Positions 11,051 to 22,095 of a stretch of 64,000 nucleotides of DNA are shown here, in pieces. Position numbers and translations under genes: made by a program. Origin of the DNA: Escherichia coli (lineage in GTDB: Bacteria; Pseudomonadota; Gammaproteobacteria; Enterobacterales; Enterobacteriaceae). Under the pieces are notes generated by a model, which saw only the letters and a program-made list of their open reading frames with translations, was not told the origin of the DNA and ran no database searches. The DNA lies in assembly GCF_002854065.1 (NCBI RefSeq), contig NZ_CP024147.1; one strand, written 5' to 3'. Position 1 is the first letter of the stretch, and each line of letters starts with the position of its first letter.

Positions 11051-12304
11051 CGCAGGCTGGAGCGTTGCGCCAATCCCGTCTTCGTCTGGCTGTAGTTTCA
11101 GTGCATTACACAGAGTTTGCCGACTGGCATCTGTTATCTCAACGCGTATATCCCCGGTAACTTCCCCTTTCACATTGATGAAGTCAGGTGAAATTTCTTT
11201 CGCACTGGTTTGCAGGCAAATCGCTCCCTCTCCGCGCAGGCGTTTCACTTTCAGTTGCACATGCGTTGCCGCACCAGTGATCAGCCACAGTTTTCCGCCA
11301 TTCAGATTGATGTTACCAATACTGAAAGTGACACTGTCACCTTTTACCGTACTGCCGTCGAGAATCAATACACCGCCCTGCTGTACAGTAATCGTTGATT
11401 GTTGCAGATCTGCGCCATAGCCAATAATCATTGAAGCGCCGTCCAGTAATGCAACACTCCCGGTCAGTTCAACCGGTGCGCGATCTTCCTCTACGACAAA
11501 ATTTTCGTCCGCGCTGGTGGGTGACAACAGGATCACTGTTCCACCTTGTATTACCGCATTTTCCAGCGTACCGGCATGCACTTCAGCCCGACCACCCACA
11601 TTAACGGACAGGTTTTGCGTCTTACCGGAACTGTAGAGCTGAAGACCATCCGTCCCCAGACGATAGATGGCTCCATTCTCAACAATAGTGTCAGAGTCTT
11701 CACCACCGAGATTATTCATGGTGCCACCAGCAAGCAACGTATCATTGGCTTTCCCCGCCAGCATAAAAACGCCGCCCTGATTAATCTCACAATTGCTGGC
11801 TTCCCCACCTGGATACACCAACAATTCACCACCTTCATCTACCACGACCGCTGAGGTTGTCCCATTGACCAACAGGCCGCCCTCTTGATCGAGAATAATT
11901 TTTTCCGCGCGATGGCCTTCCAGTACACGCAGGTTGCCGCCATTTTCCAGCAACAAACCGCAGGCATAACCTTTATCAACGCTGAATTCACCTTCGGGAT
12001 GGCGGCCATTAACCGTAGCGAGCGTAGAGAGACTAATTGCGCCTCCCTCGGACTGAACAATATCTGTGGCAATGGCACCGTCGCTGACCGATAGCGTGCC
12101 ATTGTTATCGTACTGTGTGCATTTGGCGATCCCACCGGTTGCCACTTTCAACCAGCCAGCCCCCGTGACCACGGTATTTTCGGCTCTTCCGCCAGCTTCA
12201 ACAATCAACTCGCCTTCAGTAAGTTGCGTCGCGCCAATGACCTCGCCGGTCTTAACAATTTGCACATTCCCGTCGCTCATCAAGTTTTTCGCATCAGATC
12301 CCAT
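11048..12304 (-). CDS. ydhQ: AIDA-type beta-helical repeat protein (adhesin-related) with no obvious signal peptide or beta-barrel
   Basis: 418-aa ORF with Gly-rich motifs recurring about every 19-20 residues (AGGRAENTVVTG, EGGLLVNGT, QGGVFMLAG, QGGVLILDG, NGGKLWLITG). Confidence 0.8.
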   Translation of the reverse strand: MGSDAKNLMSDGNVQIVKTGEVIGATQLTEGELIVEAGGRAENTVVTGAGWLKVATGGIAKCTQYDNNGTLSVSDGAIATDIVQSEGGAISLSTLATVNGRHPEGEFSVDKGYACGLLLENGGNLRVLEGHRAEKIILDQEGGLLVNGTTSAVVVDEGGELLVYPGGEASNCEINQGGVFMLAGKANDTLLAGGTMNNLGGEDSDTIVENGAIYRLGTDGLQLYSSGKTQNLSVNVGGRAEVHAGTLENAVIQGGTVILLSPTSADENFVVEEDRAPVELTGSVALLDGASMIIGYGADLQQSTITVQQGGVLILDGSTVKGDSVTFSIGNINLNGGKLWLITGAATHVQLKVKRLRGEGAICLQTSAKEISPDFINVKGEVTGDIRVEITDASRQTLCNALKLQPDEDGIGATLQPA

Positions 12305-12556
12305 GATTTATTCCTTTGCTGCATCTGTGTGCCTTTATTGCTACCTAAGTGTAAAGGCTACGGAGGATTTATCCACGACAGATTTGAGATGGTGGCAAAC
12401 AACTCTGTTTAAACTCTGATACACGAATTATTGGGTTGTATCAGATGTAAATGCGATCCTGAATAAAAATCGCCCTTGCAAATCAACAAAATATAGCCAA
12501 TTTGCTTAAAAGCTCTGCAAACGGTCGAAATAGCGCAGAAAATTACGTTTTGCCTC

Positions 12557-12585
12557 TTGCCACCTTCCCACTCTGCCGCTAATAT
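12557..12585 (+). promoter_or_regulatory. Putative sigma70 promoter for the valV-valW tRNA operon
   Basis: TTGCCA, 17-bp spacer, TAATAT, then GC-rich discriminator TCGTCCCC about 25 bp before the first tRNA; A/T-rich tract upstream. Confidence 0.45.
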
Positions 12586-12611
12586 TCGTCCCCGTTGTCA
12601 CCTACAACGTT

Positions 12612-12688
12612 GCGTTCATAGCTCAGTTGGTTAGAGCACCACCTTGACATGGTGGGGGTCGTTGGTTCGAGTCCAATTGAACGCACCA
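12612..12688 (+). tRNA. valV: tRNA-Val (anticodon GAC)
   Basis: 77-nt cloverleaf: acceptor GCGTTCA/TGAACGC, D-arm GCTCAGTTGGTTAGAGC, anticodon loop CTTGACATGG, T-arm GGTTCGAGTCC, 3' CCA. Confidence 0.95.
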
Positions 12689-12692
12689 TCCT

Positions 12693-12769
12693 GCGTCCGT
12701 AGCTCAGTTGGTTAGAGCACCACCTTGACATGGTGGGGGTCGGTGGTTCGAGTCCACTCGGACGCACCA
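12693..12769 (+). tRNA. valW: tRNA-Val (anticodon GAC), second copy
   Basis: 77-nt cloverleaf identical in core to valV but with acceptor stem GCGTCCG/CGGACGC; 4-nt spacer between the copies. Confidence 0.95.
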
Positions 12770-12800
12770 GATTTTCTTAATCTGGTCTTCTCCTTTTTCC
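12766..12800 (+). terminator. Intrinsic terminator after valW
   Basis: Stem ACCAGAT / ATCTGGT followed by CTTCTCCTTTTTCCC. Confidence 0.6.
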
Positions 12801-12876
12801 CTCTGCTTCTTCTCTGTATCCAATACGTTAAAAGATTTACACTGTCTTCGTATGCGTTATCAGAAGGAGAATCGCT

Positions 12877-13182
12877 ATGGCAACTTTGTTACAACTTCAT
12901 TTTGCTTTTAATGGCCCATTTGGCGACGCAATGGCTGAGCAGCTTAAACCACTTGCTGAGTCGATTAATCAGGAACCTGGTTTTCTGTGGAAGGTATGGA
13001 CAGAAAGTGAAAAGAACCACGAAGCCGGCGGGATCTACCTTTTCACTGATGAAAAAAGCGCCCTTGCCTATCTGGAAAAACACACTGCCCGACTGAAAAA
13101 TCTCGGCGTTGAGGAAGTTGTCGCCAAAGTTTTCGATGTCAATGAGCCACTGAGTCAAATCAATCAGGCAAAACTCGCCTGA
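12877..13182 (+). CDS. ydhR: Small conserved protein of unknown function
   Basis: 101-aa ORF with RBS GAAGGAG 6 nt before the ATG; position after the tRNA-Val pair. Confidence 0.8.
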
Positions 13183-13194
13183 CAGAATTTAATC

Positions 13195-13220
13195 AAGGGC
13201 GGTTAGCGCCCTTTTCATCC
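13195..13220 (+). terminator. Weak putative terminator after ydhR
   Basis: Short stem GGGCG / CGCCC followed by TTTTCATCC. Confidence 0.35.
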
Positions 13221-13307
13221 CTGTCTGAAATTTCTCAAATTCTAAAAATCTCAACCAAACTTATCTGATAACACTAAATTCGAAAGAATGCGTACAGGTA
13301 AGTAACA

Positions 13308-14912
13308 ATGAAAAAAATTGCTATTGTGGGTGCCGGGCCTACGGGGATCTACACCTTATTCTCGCTTCTACAGCAACAAACTCCACTTTCTATTTCTATC
13401 TTCGAGCAGGCTGGCGAGGCCGGTGTCGGGATGCCATACAGTGATGAGGAAAACTCAAAAATGATGCTGGCAAATATTGCCAGTATTGAAATACCACCGA
13501 TTTATTGTACGTATCTCGAATGGCTACAAAAGCAAGAAGCCAGCCATCTCCAGCGTTATGGCGTTAAAAAAGAAACCTTGCACGATCGTCATTTTTTACC
13601 GCGAATTCTGCTGGGCGAATATTTCCGCGATCAATTTTTACGATTAGTAGACCAGGCACGAAAGCAAAAATTTGCAGTGGCTGTTTATGAATCATGCCAG
13701 GTTACCGATCTGCAAATTACAAATGCTGGCGTCATGCTCGCTACAAATCAGGATTTACCCAGCGAGACGTTTGATTTAGCGGTGATTGCCACGGGTCACG
13801 TCTGGCCTGATGAAGAAGAAGCAACCCGAACGAATTTTCCCAGCCCGTGGTCAGGCCTGCTGGAAGCAAAGGTCGATGCGTGTAACGTGGGTATTATGGG
13901 AACATCCTTGAGCGGACTGGATGCGGCAATGGCAGTGGCTATTCAGCATGGTTCGTTCATTGAAGATGATAAACAACACGTCGTTTTTCACCGCGATAAC
14001 GCAAGTGAAAAGCTAAATATCACGTTGATGTCGCGCACGGGTATTTTACCCGAAGCCGATTTCTATTGCCCTATTCCCTACGAGCCCTTACACATCGTCA
14101 CCGATCAGGCATTAAATGCTGAGATTCAAAAAGGCGAATATGGCCTTTTGGATCGGGTATTTAGATTGATAGTAGAGGAAATCAAGTTTGCTGATCCAGA
14201 CTGGAGCCAACGCATAGCCTTAGAGAGCCTGAATGTCGATTCCTTTGCTCAAGCCTGGTTTGCCGAGCGCAAACAACGCGACCCATTTGACTGGGCAGAA
14301 AAAAATCTCCAAGAAGTCGAACACAATAAACGAGAAAAACATACTGTTCCCTGGCGTTATGTCATTCTGCGCCTGCATGAAGCAGTACAGGAAATTGTTC
14401 CACATCTGAATGAACACGACCATAAACGGTTCAGTAAAGGCCTTGCCCGGGTTTTCATAGATAATTATGCCGCAATCCCTTCAGAGTCTATTCGTCGGCT
14501 GCTGGCCTTACGTGAAGCGGGAATCATTCATATTCTCGCTCTCGGTGAAGACTACAAAATGGAAATTAACGAGTCGCGCACCGTCCTGAAAACGGAAGAC
14601 AACAGCTACTCGTTTGACGTTTTTATTGATGCCCGCGGGCAGCGTCCGCTTAAAGTGAAAGATATTCCTTTCCCTGGACTACGCGAACAATTACAGAAAA
14701 CAGGGGATGAAATCCCTGATGTTGGTGAAGATTATACGTTACAGCAACCCGAAGATATTCGTGGGCGCGTAGCGTTCGGCGCGTTGCCCTGGTTAATGCA
14801 CGACCAGCCTTTCGTTCAGGGACTTACGGCATGTGCAGAAATTGGTGAGGCGATGGCTCGGGCGGTCGTAAAACCTGCATCCCGTGCTCGTCGGCGTCTT
14901 TCGTTTGATTAA
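13308..14912 (+). CDS. ydhS: FAD/NAD(P)-binding protein of unknown function
   Basis: 534-aa ORF with N-terminal dinucleotide-binding motif IAIVGAGPTG. Confidence 0.8.
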   Translation: MKKIAIVGAGPTGIYTLFSLLQQQTPLSISIFEQAGEAGVGMPYSDEENSKMMLANIASIEIPPIYCTYLEWLQKQEASHLQRYGVKKETLHDRHFLPRILLGEYFRDQFLRLVDQARKQKFAVAVYESCQVTDLQITNAGVMLATNQDLPSETFDLAVIATGHVWPDEEEATRTNFPSPWSGLLEAKVDACNVGIMGTSLSGLDAAMAVAIQHGSFIEDDKQHVVFHRDNASEKLNITLMSRTGILPEADFYCPIPYEPLHIVTDQALNAEIQKGEYGLLDRVFRLIVEEIKFADPDWSQRIALESLNVDSFAQAWFAERKQRDPFDWAEKNLQEVEHNKREKHTVPWRYVILRLHEAVQEIVPHLNEHDHKRFSKGLARVFIDNYAAIPSESIRRLLALREAGIIHILALGEDYKMEINESRTVLKTEDNSYSFDVFIDARGQRPLKVKDIPFPGLREQLQKTGDEIPDVGEDYTLQQPEDIRGRVAFGALPWLMHDQPFVQGLTACAEIGEAMARAVVKPASRARRRLSFD

Positions 14913-14923
14913 AGGTAAAGCTA

Positions 14924-15736
14924 TCAGCACTCAACAAACTGATGCTGTTCATTAAGACGATAGCGGACTCCGGCTCGAATATTGTTTTCACCTTCAATGG
15001 CGACGGCGAAACGAACTCTTTCGCCGTCATGATATGCCAGTGCGGCGCTTCCTCCTGGCCCGAGAATAATTGAGTCGACCACGCCCGTGCTCACTACCGT
15101 TGAATTTTCACCGCTGGCAATGATGTGTACATTGTCGCCGCTGTTGACAATTTTGGCGTTTGCGCCAAAGCTGGCGATTTGCACCAGGTCACCATTACTG
15201 GCGACATGACATCGTTCACCCAATGTACAAACGCGTACTCGCATTCCGGTATTCGCAATCCGACTGCTATCTCCAGCGCTGCTTATCCGCGAAGAATTGC
15301 CGGTTACAGCAACCCGTGCGCGCTCACCGGAGCTGCCAATGTGACTGTTAAAGCCGACACTTCCAATCCGCACGCTATAACCCATACTGGCAATTTGTAC
15401 AGCATACCCAGCGGTTGCGATTCTGGCGTTATCCTCACAACAGCCGATGCGAGCATGATCGTCGCTGCGGGCAAACTGACTGCAAAATGCTCTCTCTCCG
15501 GGATCTGTGGCCAGTTTTTGCATAGAGGAAACTTCCTGATGCGCGAAGTTTTCATCCGCCAGCCATTTTTTCCACGCATACTCAACAAGACTCTCCGCCC
15601 AGTCCGTATATCCTTCCTCAATCAGTGCATGATGAATATCAGCATAACTACCGCCGCGCGGGAAATGGCGCAGGAACCAGCGATACATCACCGCTCCGAT
15701 ACGCCATTCTCGCAGGTCTGCTCGTGTAATGATCAT
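14924..15736 (-). CDS. ydhT: Nonapeptide-repeat protein, last gene of the ydhYVWXUT operon
   Basis: 270-aa ORF; residues about 102-218 are at least 13 tandem 9-residue units (YAVQIASMG, YSVRIGSVG, FNSHIGSSG, ...). Confidence 0.8.
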   Translation of the reverse strand: MIITRADLREWRIGAVMYRWFLRHFPRGGSYADIHHALIEEGYTDWAESLVEYAWKKWLADENFAHQEVSSMQKLATDPGERAFCSQFARSDDHARIGCCEDNARIATAGYAVQIASMGYSVRIGSVGFNSHIGSSGERARVAVTGNSSRISSAGDSSRIANTGMRVRVCTLGERCHVASNGDLVQIASFGANAKIVNSGDNVHIIASGENSTVVSTGVVDSIILGPGGSAALAYHDGERVRFAVAIEGENNIRAGVRYRLNEQHQFVEC

Positions 15737-15739
15737 TCG

Positions 15740-16525
15740 TTAGTGCCGGTGATAGCCATCGACCATGCTTTTAAAGGTTTCGTGTGGCGTACGCCCCGTG
15801 GTGCAAAGATAAAGATGACCGAAGATAAAAAAGAGGCTTATAAATGCCAGAGCAAAATGCGCCTGCAATAACCAGTATCTTACGCCAGGAAACACATCTC
15901 CCACGGCTTGCGGATAGAGACACAGCAGCCCCGTCAATAGTAACAACGGCAGCAATCCATACATGACACCAACATAGGCAACCTGCTGTAAGGGATTAAA
16001 TTTAGACTGGGTTGTTGCCGGGAAAGGATGTTCTTCCCCCTGCATAATGCCAAACAAATAAAATCGCGTTTGTTTTGCCGCCCGCTCCAGCCAACCCTGA
16101 CGACGAATGCGATAGTGGTGGCCATTACCCCCAACGGCATTGATCAGAACAAAGCCGTGCCAGCATGCCAGTAACAAAAATCCGCAAACTTCATGCACCG
16201 CAACCAGACTTTTAACCGCAGTTGCGCCCACCAGCGCAAAGTGATTTATCAGCCCACTTGCCAGCAACAATACAAAGAGTAACGCATTCGACCAGTGCCA
16301 TAATCTGACCGCTTTGCTGTAAAGATAAATCTTCTCACCATGATCGGTGGCTGATTTCTTCACGCCACGAGCACGAAGCAAGGCGTGCAGCCCCAGCACC
16401 AACCACATCCCAACCAGCAATACTCCGGCAATGATCAACCACACCGGCCAAAATTCGGGAGTGAACTGTGGCACATAGTTCGCTAACTGGCTCTGAAACT
16501 GTTCAGCATGTTGCGACGGGTTCAT
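15740..16525 (-). CDS. ydhU: PhsC/NrfD-like integral membrane cytochrome b-type subunit
   Basis: 261-aa polytopic ORF with conserved His in helices; 4-nt overlap with ydhX. Confidence 0.8.
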   Translation of the reverse strand: MNPSQHAEQFQSQLANYVPQFTPEFWPVWLIIAGVLLVGMWLVLGLHALLRARGVKKSATDHGEKIYLYSKAVRLWHWSNALLFVLLLASGLINHFALVGATAVKSLVAVHEVCGFLLLACWHGFVLINAVGGNGHHYRIRRQGWLERAAKQTRFYLFGIMQGEEHPFPATTQSKFNPLQQVAYVGVMYGLLPLLLLTGLLCLYPQAVGDVFPGVRYWLLQAHFALAFISLFFIFGHLYLCTTGRTPHETFKSMVDGYHRH

Positions 16526-17190
16526 ACATTTTCCTTTTTAATCAAATGTTGACCGAACCGGCGATACAGATGCGGTTTCCCGGCACCAGGTAGCTGATAT
16601 TGATAGTATTTATTATCCTGCAACCACACCTGAATTTCTGGGCTATCTTCGCGACCAAAGATCAATGCGTGTTCCGGGCAGGCGCTGACGCAAATGGGCG
16701 GAAAGCCTTTTGCCAGTCGGGACTCAGCGCAGAAATCACATTTATCTGCCACTTTAGTGACAGGGTTAAGGTAGCGAACCTGGTACGGACAAGCGCCAAT
16801 GCAATAACTGCAGCCGATGCACTGCGATTTTTCTACCCGCACGATCCCCTGCTCATCACGCCACGACGCCCCTGTCGGGCATACGTCGATGCACGGAGCA
16901 TCTTCGCAGTGCTGACATGACTGGCGAAAAAAGTGATACTGCGTTTCGTTGTCGTTATCGGTGACTGGAATGTGTGCTATCGATAAACGGCTTCCCTGAG
17001 CGGGGACGTGGTTAGTTTTACGGCATGCGCGGGCGCAAATATTACAGCCATTGCACCGTGACTCGTCATGAATCATGGCATACCGAACTTCCTTTTCTTG
17101 CCTCGTGTTCGCTAACAGAGAAGACGCAGAACCAGTAAAAAAGATTACTGTTCCCATCCCCAGAACAAATTTGCGTCGAGTGAAGGACAT
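16522..17190 (-). CDS. ydhX: Tat-exported 4Fe-4S ferredoxin-like subunit
   Basis: 222 aa from the internal Met (MSFTRRKFVLGMGTVIFFTGSASSLLA, twin-arginine signal); multiple CxxCxxCxxxCP clusters. The ORF-track start at 17241 is an unsupported extension. Confidence 0.8.
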   Translation of the reverse strand: MSFTRRKFVLGMGTVIFFTGSASSLLANTRQEKEVRYAMIHDESRCNGCNICARACRKTNHVPAQGSRLSIAHIPVTDNDNETQYHFFRQSCQHCEDAPCIDVCPTGASWRDEQGIVRVEKSQCIGCSYCIGACPYQVRYLNPVTKVADKCDFCAESRLAKGFPPICVSACPEHALIFGREDSPEIQVWLQDNKYYQYQLPGAGKPHLYRRFGQHLIKKENV

Positions 17191-17253
17191 CTGATTATCC
17201 CCTAATGCAGTGGCTGCAACTGTCCACCCTATCCATGACATCTCCCTGAAATT

Positions 17254-17901
17254 TCAGGGGTTCTGAAACTGCTCTACCTCGAACCATTCGCATAAGCCAT
17301 AAGCCTTGCCATAGGTCATAAATCGCTCGCTAAACAAGTACAACACCGCCGTCGATGACTCCACCTGCCGTATATCGGCATATTCAGGTGCAACATCCAT
17401 CGCGGCGATCGCGGCTTCAATCTGCGCTTCCTGGAAGTAATATGGCGCTTGCATCAGCATGGCGACTTTGTAAGGACGAGGATACGTCTGGCACTCAAAA
17501 CGAACGGCGTGTGCAATGGCGCGACAAATGTCCTGCTCCACAACTTGCAAAGACATCGCCGCGTAGTTTTCACTCATGGCCTGCGTTGAGTAATAGTAAT
17601 CATCCTGACTTCCCGTCATACAAGCGATATCCGCGTAGTCTCCGTTCTGCTTAATGCTTTCCAGCAAAACTGACAGTTCCTCTTCTGCAACTGAATAGGG
17701 TGGCGAGAGAAACACGGCGCGCGCCACCAGCTGCCCAGCCACAGAATGCTGGCGAATGAACTCTGCCAGGATTTCAGCCGGTTCTGGTTCGGTTACCGTA
17801 TCAACGGGGTGACGCATCCCCTGCAACCATTGCCGCTTCGCCTCGTCAACTTCGCTGACTTTCGCTAACGGCAATTCATCCTGATGGTTCATCTTACCCA
17901 T
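17254..17901 (-). CDS. ydhW: Operon protein of unknown function (possible maturation/chaperone factor)
   Basis: 215-aa ORF between ydhX and ydhV on the same strand. Confidence 0.75.
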   Translation of the reverse strand: MGKMNHQDELPLAKVSEVDEAKRQWLQGMRHPVDTVTEPEPAEILAEFIRQHSVAGQLVARAVFLSPPYSVAEEELSVLLESIKQNGDYADIACMTGSQDDYYYSTQAMSENYAAMSLQVVEQDICRAIAHAVRFECQTYPRPYKVAMLMQAPYYFQEAQIEAAIAAMDVAPEYADIRQVESSTAVLYLFSERFMTYGKAYGLCEWFEVEQFQNP

Positions 17902-17904
17902 TCC

Positions 17905-20091
<2,187 letters not shown>

Positions 20092-20504
20092 TCACCGCAT
20101 AACACACATTTCGAGGATTTTTTACTTTCGGTATTTACGGTGGCCATCATCCACGGGCATGCCGTAGTACAGGCGCTACAGCCAATACAACGTTTATGAT
20201 CGACGGTAATACAGCCTTCTTTCTGCTGCCAGGTAATCGCACCAATCGGGCAGACGTTCATGCATTGCGGCTCTTTGCATTGACGGCAGGTGTCCGCGGT
20301 ATAGTTGAGATCGCCATACAGGCCGCCGCCAGAGCCAACCCCGTTGTCGCCAAAGAAATAATTGCGATGGATTTTGATACGGGAGAAGAATGTCCCTACT
20401 GAGCCATCGTTGAAGTTGGTACAAGAGATTTCACAGCGGTGGCAACCCGTGCATCGCGCTCGCTGGGTCACCAGCTCCCCTTTGGGTGTATTTATCAACC
20501 CTAC

Positions 20505-20512
20505 TGTGCCGC
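20505..20512. repeat. IS1 target-site duplication, left copy (TGTGCCGC)
   Basis: Identical 8-mer immediately flanks both IS1 ends (20505-20512 and 21281-21288). Confidence 0.85.
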
Positions 20513-20567
20513 GGTGATGCTGCCAACTTACTGATTTAGTGTATGATGGTGTTTTTGAGGTGCTCCA

Positions 20568-20843
20568 GTGGCTTCTGTTTCTATCAGCTGTCCCTCCTGT
20601 TCAGCTACTGACGGGGTGGTGCGTAACGGCAAAAGCACTGCCGGACATCAGCGCTATCTCTGCTCTCACTGCCGTAAAACATGGCAACTGCAGTTCACTT
20701 ACACCGCTTCTCAACCCGGTACGCACCAGAAAATCATTGATATGGCCATGAATGGCGTTGGATGCCGGGCAACCGCCCGCATTATGGGCGTTGGCCTCAA
20801 CACGATTTTCCGCCATTTAAAAAACTCAGGCCGCAGTCGGTAA
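20568..20843 (+). CDS. insA: IS1 InsA (transposition repressor / N-terminal part of InsAB' transposase)
   Basis: 91-aa [46 protein letters not shown]... with zinc-finger-like Cys pairs. Confidence 0.95.
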   Translation: MASVSISCPSCSATDGVVRNGKSTAGHQRYLCSHCRKTWQLQFTYTASQPGTHQKIIDMAMNGVGCRATARIMGVGLNTIFRHLKNSGRSR

Positions 20844-21265
20844 CCTCGCGCATACAGCCGGGCAGTGACGTCATCGTCTGCGCGGAAATGGACGAACAGT
20901 GGGGATACGTCGGGGCTAAATCGCGCCAGCGCTGGCTGTTTTACGCGTATGACAGGCTCCGGAAGACGGTTGTTGCGCACGTATTCGGTGAACGCACTAT
21001 GGCGACGCTGGGGCGTCTTATGAGCCTGCTGTCACCCTTTGACGTGGTGATATGGATGACGGATGGCTGGCCGCTGTATGAATCCCGCCTGAAGGGAAAG
21101 CTGCACGTAATCAGCAAGCGATATACGCAGCGAATTGAGCGGCATAACCTGAATCTGAGGCAGCACCTGGCACGGCTGGGACGGAAGTCGCTGTCGTTCT
21201 CAAAATCGGTGGAGCTGCATGACAAAGTCATCGGGCATTATCTGAACATAAAACACTATCAATAA
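20762..21265 (+). CDS. insB: IS1 InsB (catalytic part of InsAB' transposase, made by -1 frameshift)
   Basis: 167-aa [19 protein letters not shown]...HYLNIKHYQ in the -1 frame relative to insA. Confidence 0.95.
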   Translation: MPGNRPHYGRWPQHDFPPFKKLRPQSVTSRIQPGSDVIVCAEMDEQWGYVGAKSRQRWLFYAYDRLRKTVVAHVFGERTMATLGRLMSLLSPFDVVIWMTDGWPLYESRLKGKLHVISKRYTQRIERHNLNLRQHLARLGRKSLSFSKSVELHDKVIGHYLNIKHYQ

Positions 21266-21280
21266 GTTGGAGTCATTACC

Positions 21281-21288
21281 TGTGCCGC
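21281..21288. repeat. IS1 target-site duplication, right copy (TGTGCCGC)
   Basis: Matches 20505-20512 exactly. Confidence 0.85.
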
Positions 21289-21631
21289 TATCAATATCTT
21301 CCTGTTTGCAACCCAAAAGTGACAGTAACGCAGGGGCAATTGTTAGACCAGCAAGGCCTTTTCCTGATATACGCAAGAATTCTAATCGCGTTAAGCCAAT
21401 ATCTAATAGTGGACGATCAACCGGGTTCATTTATTTCGCATCCTCTTCGCAAACACAGTGCTGACAATTCAGCAGCCTGATATTAAGCATTCAACTAATA
21501 CGCTGCTGACTCTGTCCTCAACACCAGATATTTTCCCTAACCCGATAGTGTATGAGAAAAGATTTAACGCCGATAAACTAATCCTTTATGGTTAGGAGAA
21601 AAAATAATGTGGTTATTCTGGGCTCTTAACA

Positions 21632-21645
21632 TTGATCATTATCAA
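21632..21645. promoter_or_regulatory. Consensus FNR site upstream of ydhY
   Basis: TTGATCATTATCAA is a perfect match to TTGAT-N4-ATCAA, in the AT-rich region about 200 bp upstream of the ydhY start. Confidence 0.6.
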
Positions 21646-21885
21646 TTAAAATTACAAAGCAAGAAATTATAAGTGAACTGATATTTATTATCATTTGAAA
21701 TGAATTTAACTTAAGCGACAATTATTTGTGACGGTCATTGCAGAAAATAAAAATAATATTATCGTTATAAATTAAAACACATATCGAAATTCGTATAATT
21801 TCAGCAGTTGTTATTTAGAATGATTAACTGGACCGCAACTGAAGCAAGAATATCAGGATGAAGCTTATCGCCTCATCCTGAATGG

Positions 21886-22095
21886 TCATTTTACCAGTGC
21901 GTTAATGACGGTTTCCATCGCCTGCTTTTCCAGCTCACTGCGCTGAATGCGTTTATTGGCTAATGCTGTACGTAATACGCCTGCGATAACAATATGCTTT
22001 GGTTCCTGCCCCAGATCGCGCATTTCCAGCACAACTTTACCGACAACTCTGCACATTTCTCGGTACAGTTCATCCTCTTTTGTCCGATTTCCCAT
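21886..22095 (-). CDS. fumD: Small fumarase D
   Basis: 69-aa ORF MGNRTKEDELYREMCRVVGKVVLEMRDLGQEPKHIVIAGVLRTALANKR...; position between ydhY and pykF. Confidence 0.8.
   Translation of the reverse strand: MGNRTKEDELYREMCRVVGKVVLEMRDLGQEPKHIVIAGVLRTALANKRIQRSELEKQAMETVINALVK

Larger units (their letters stand above)
20513..21280 (+). mobile_element. IS1: IS1 insertion sequence, 768 bp, copy A
   Basis: Imperfect terminal inverted repeats GGTGATGCTGCCAACTTACTGAT ... ATCAATAAGTTGGAGTCATTACC, insA and insB in typical arrangement, A6C slippery motif at 20819-20825. Confidence 0.97.

Noticed and set aside
12579-12767. 62-aa minus-strand ORF with an internally duplicated peptide (…EPTTPTMSRWCSNQLSY… twice).
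   Set aside because: It is the antisense read-through of the two near-identical tRNA-Val genes; the peptide repeat simply mirrors the tRNA duplication.
12557-13307. Genomic island or prophage integrated at the tRNA-Val pair.
   Set aside because: No integrase, no attachment-site-like direct repeat of the tRNA 3' end, and the flanking genes (ydhQ, ydhR, ydhS) are in the normal core order.
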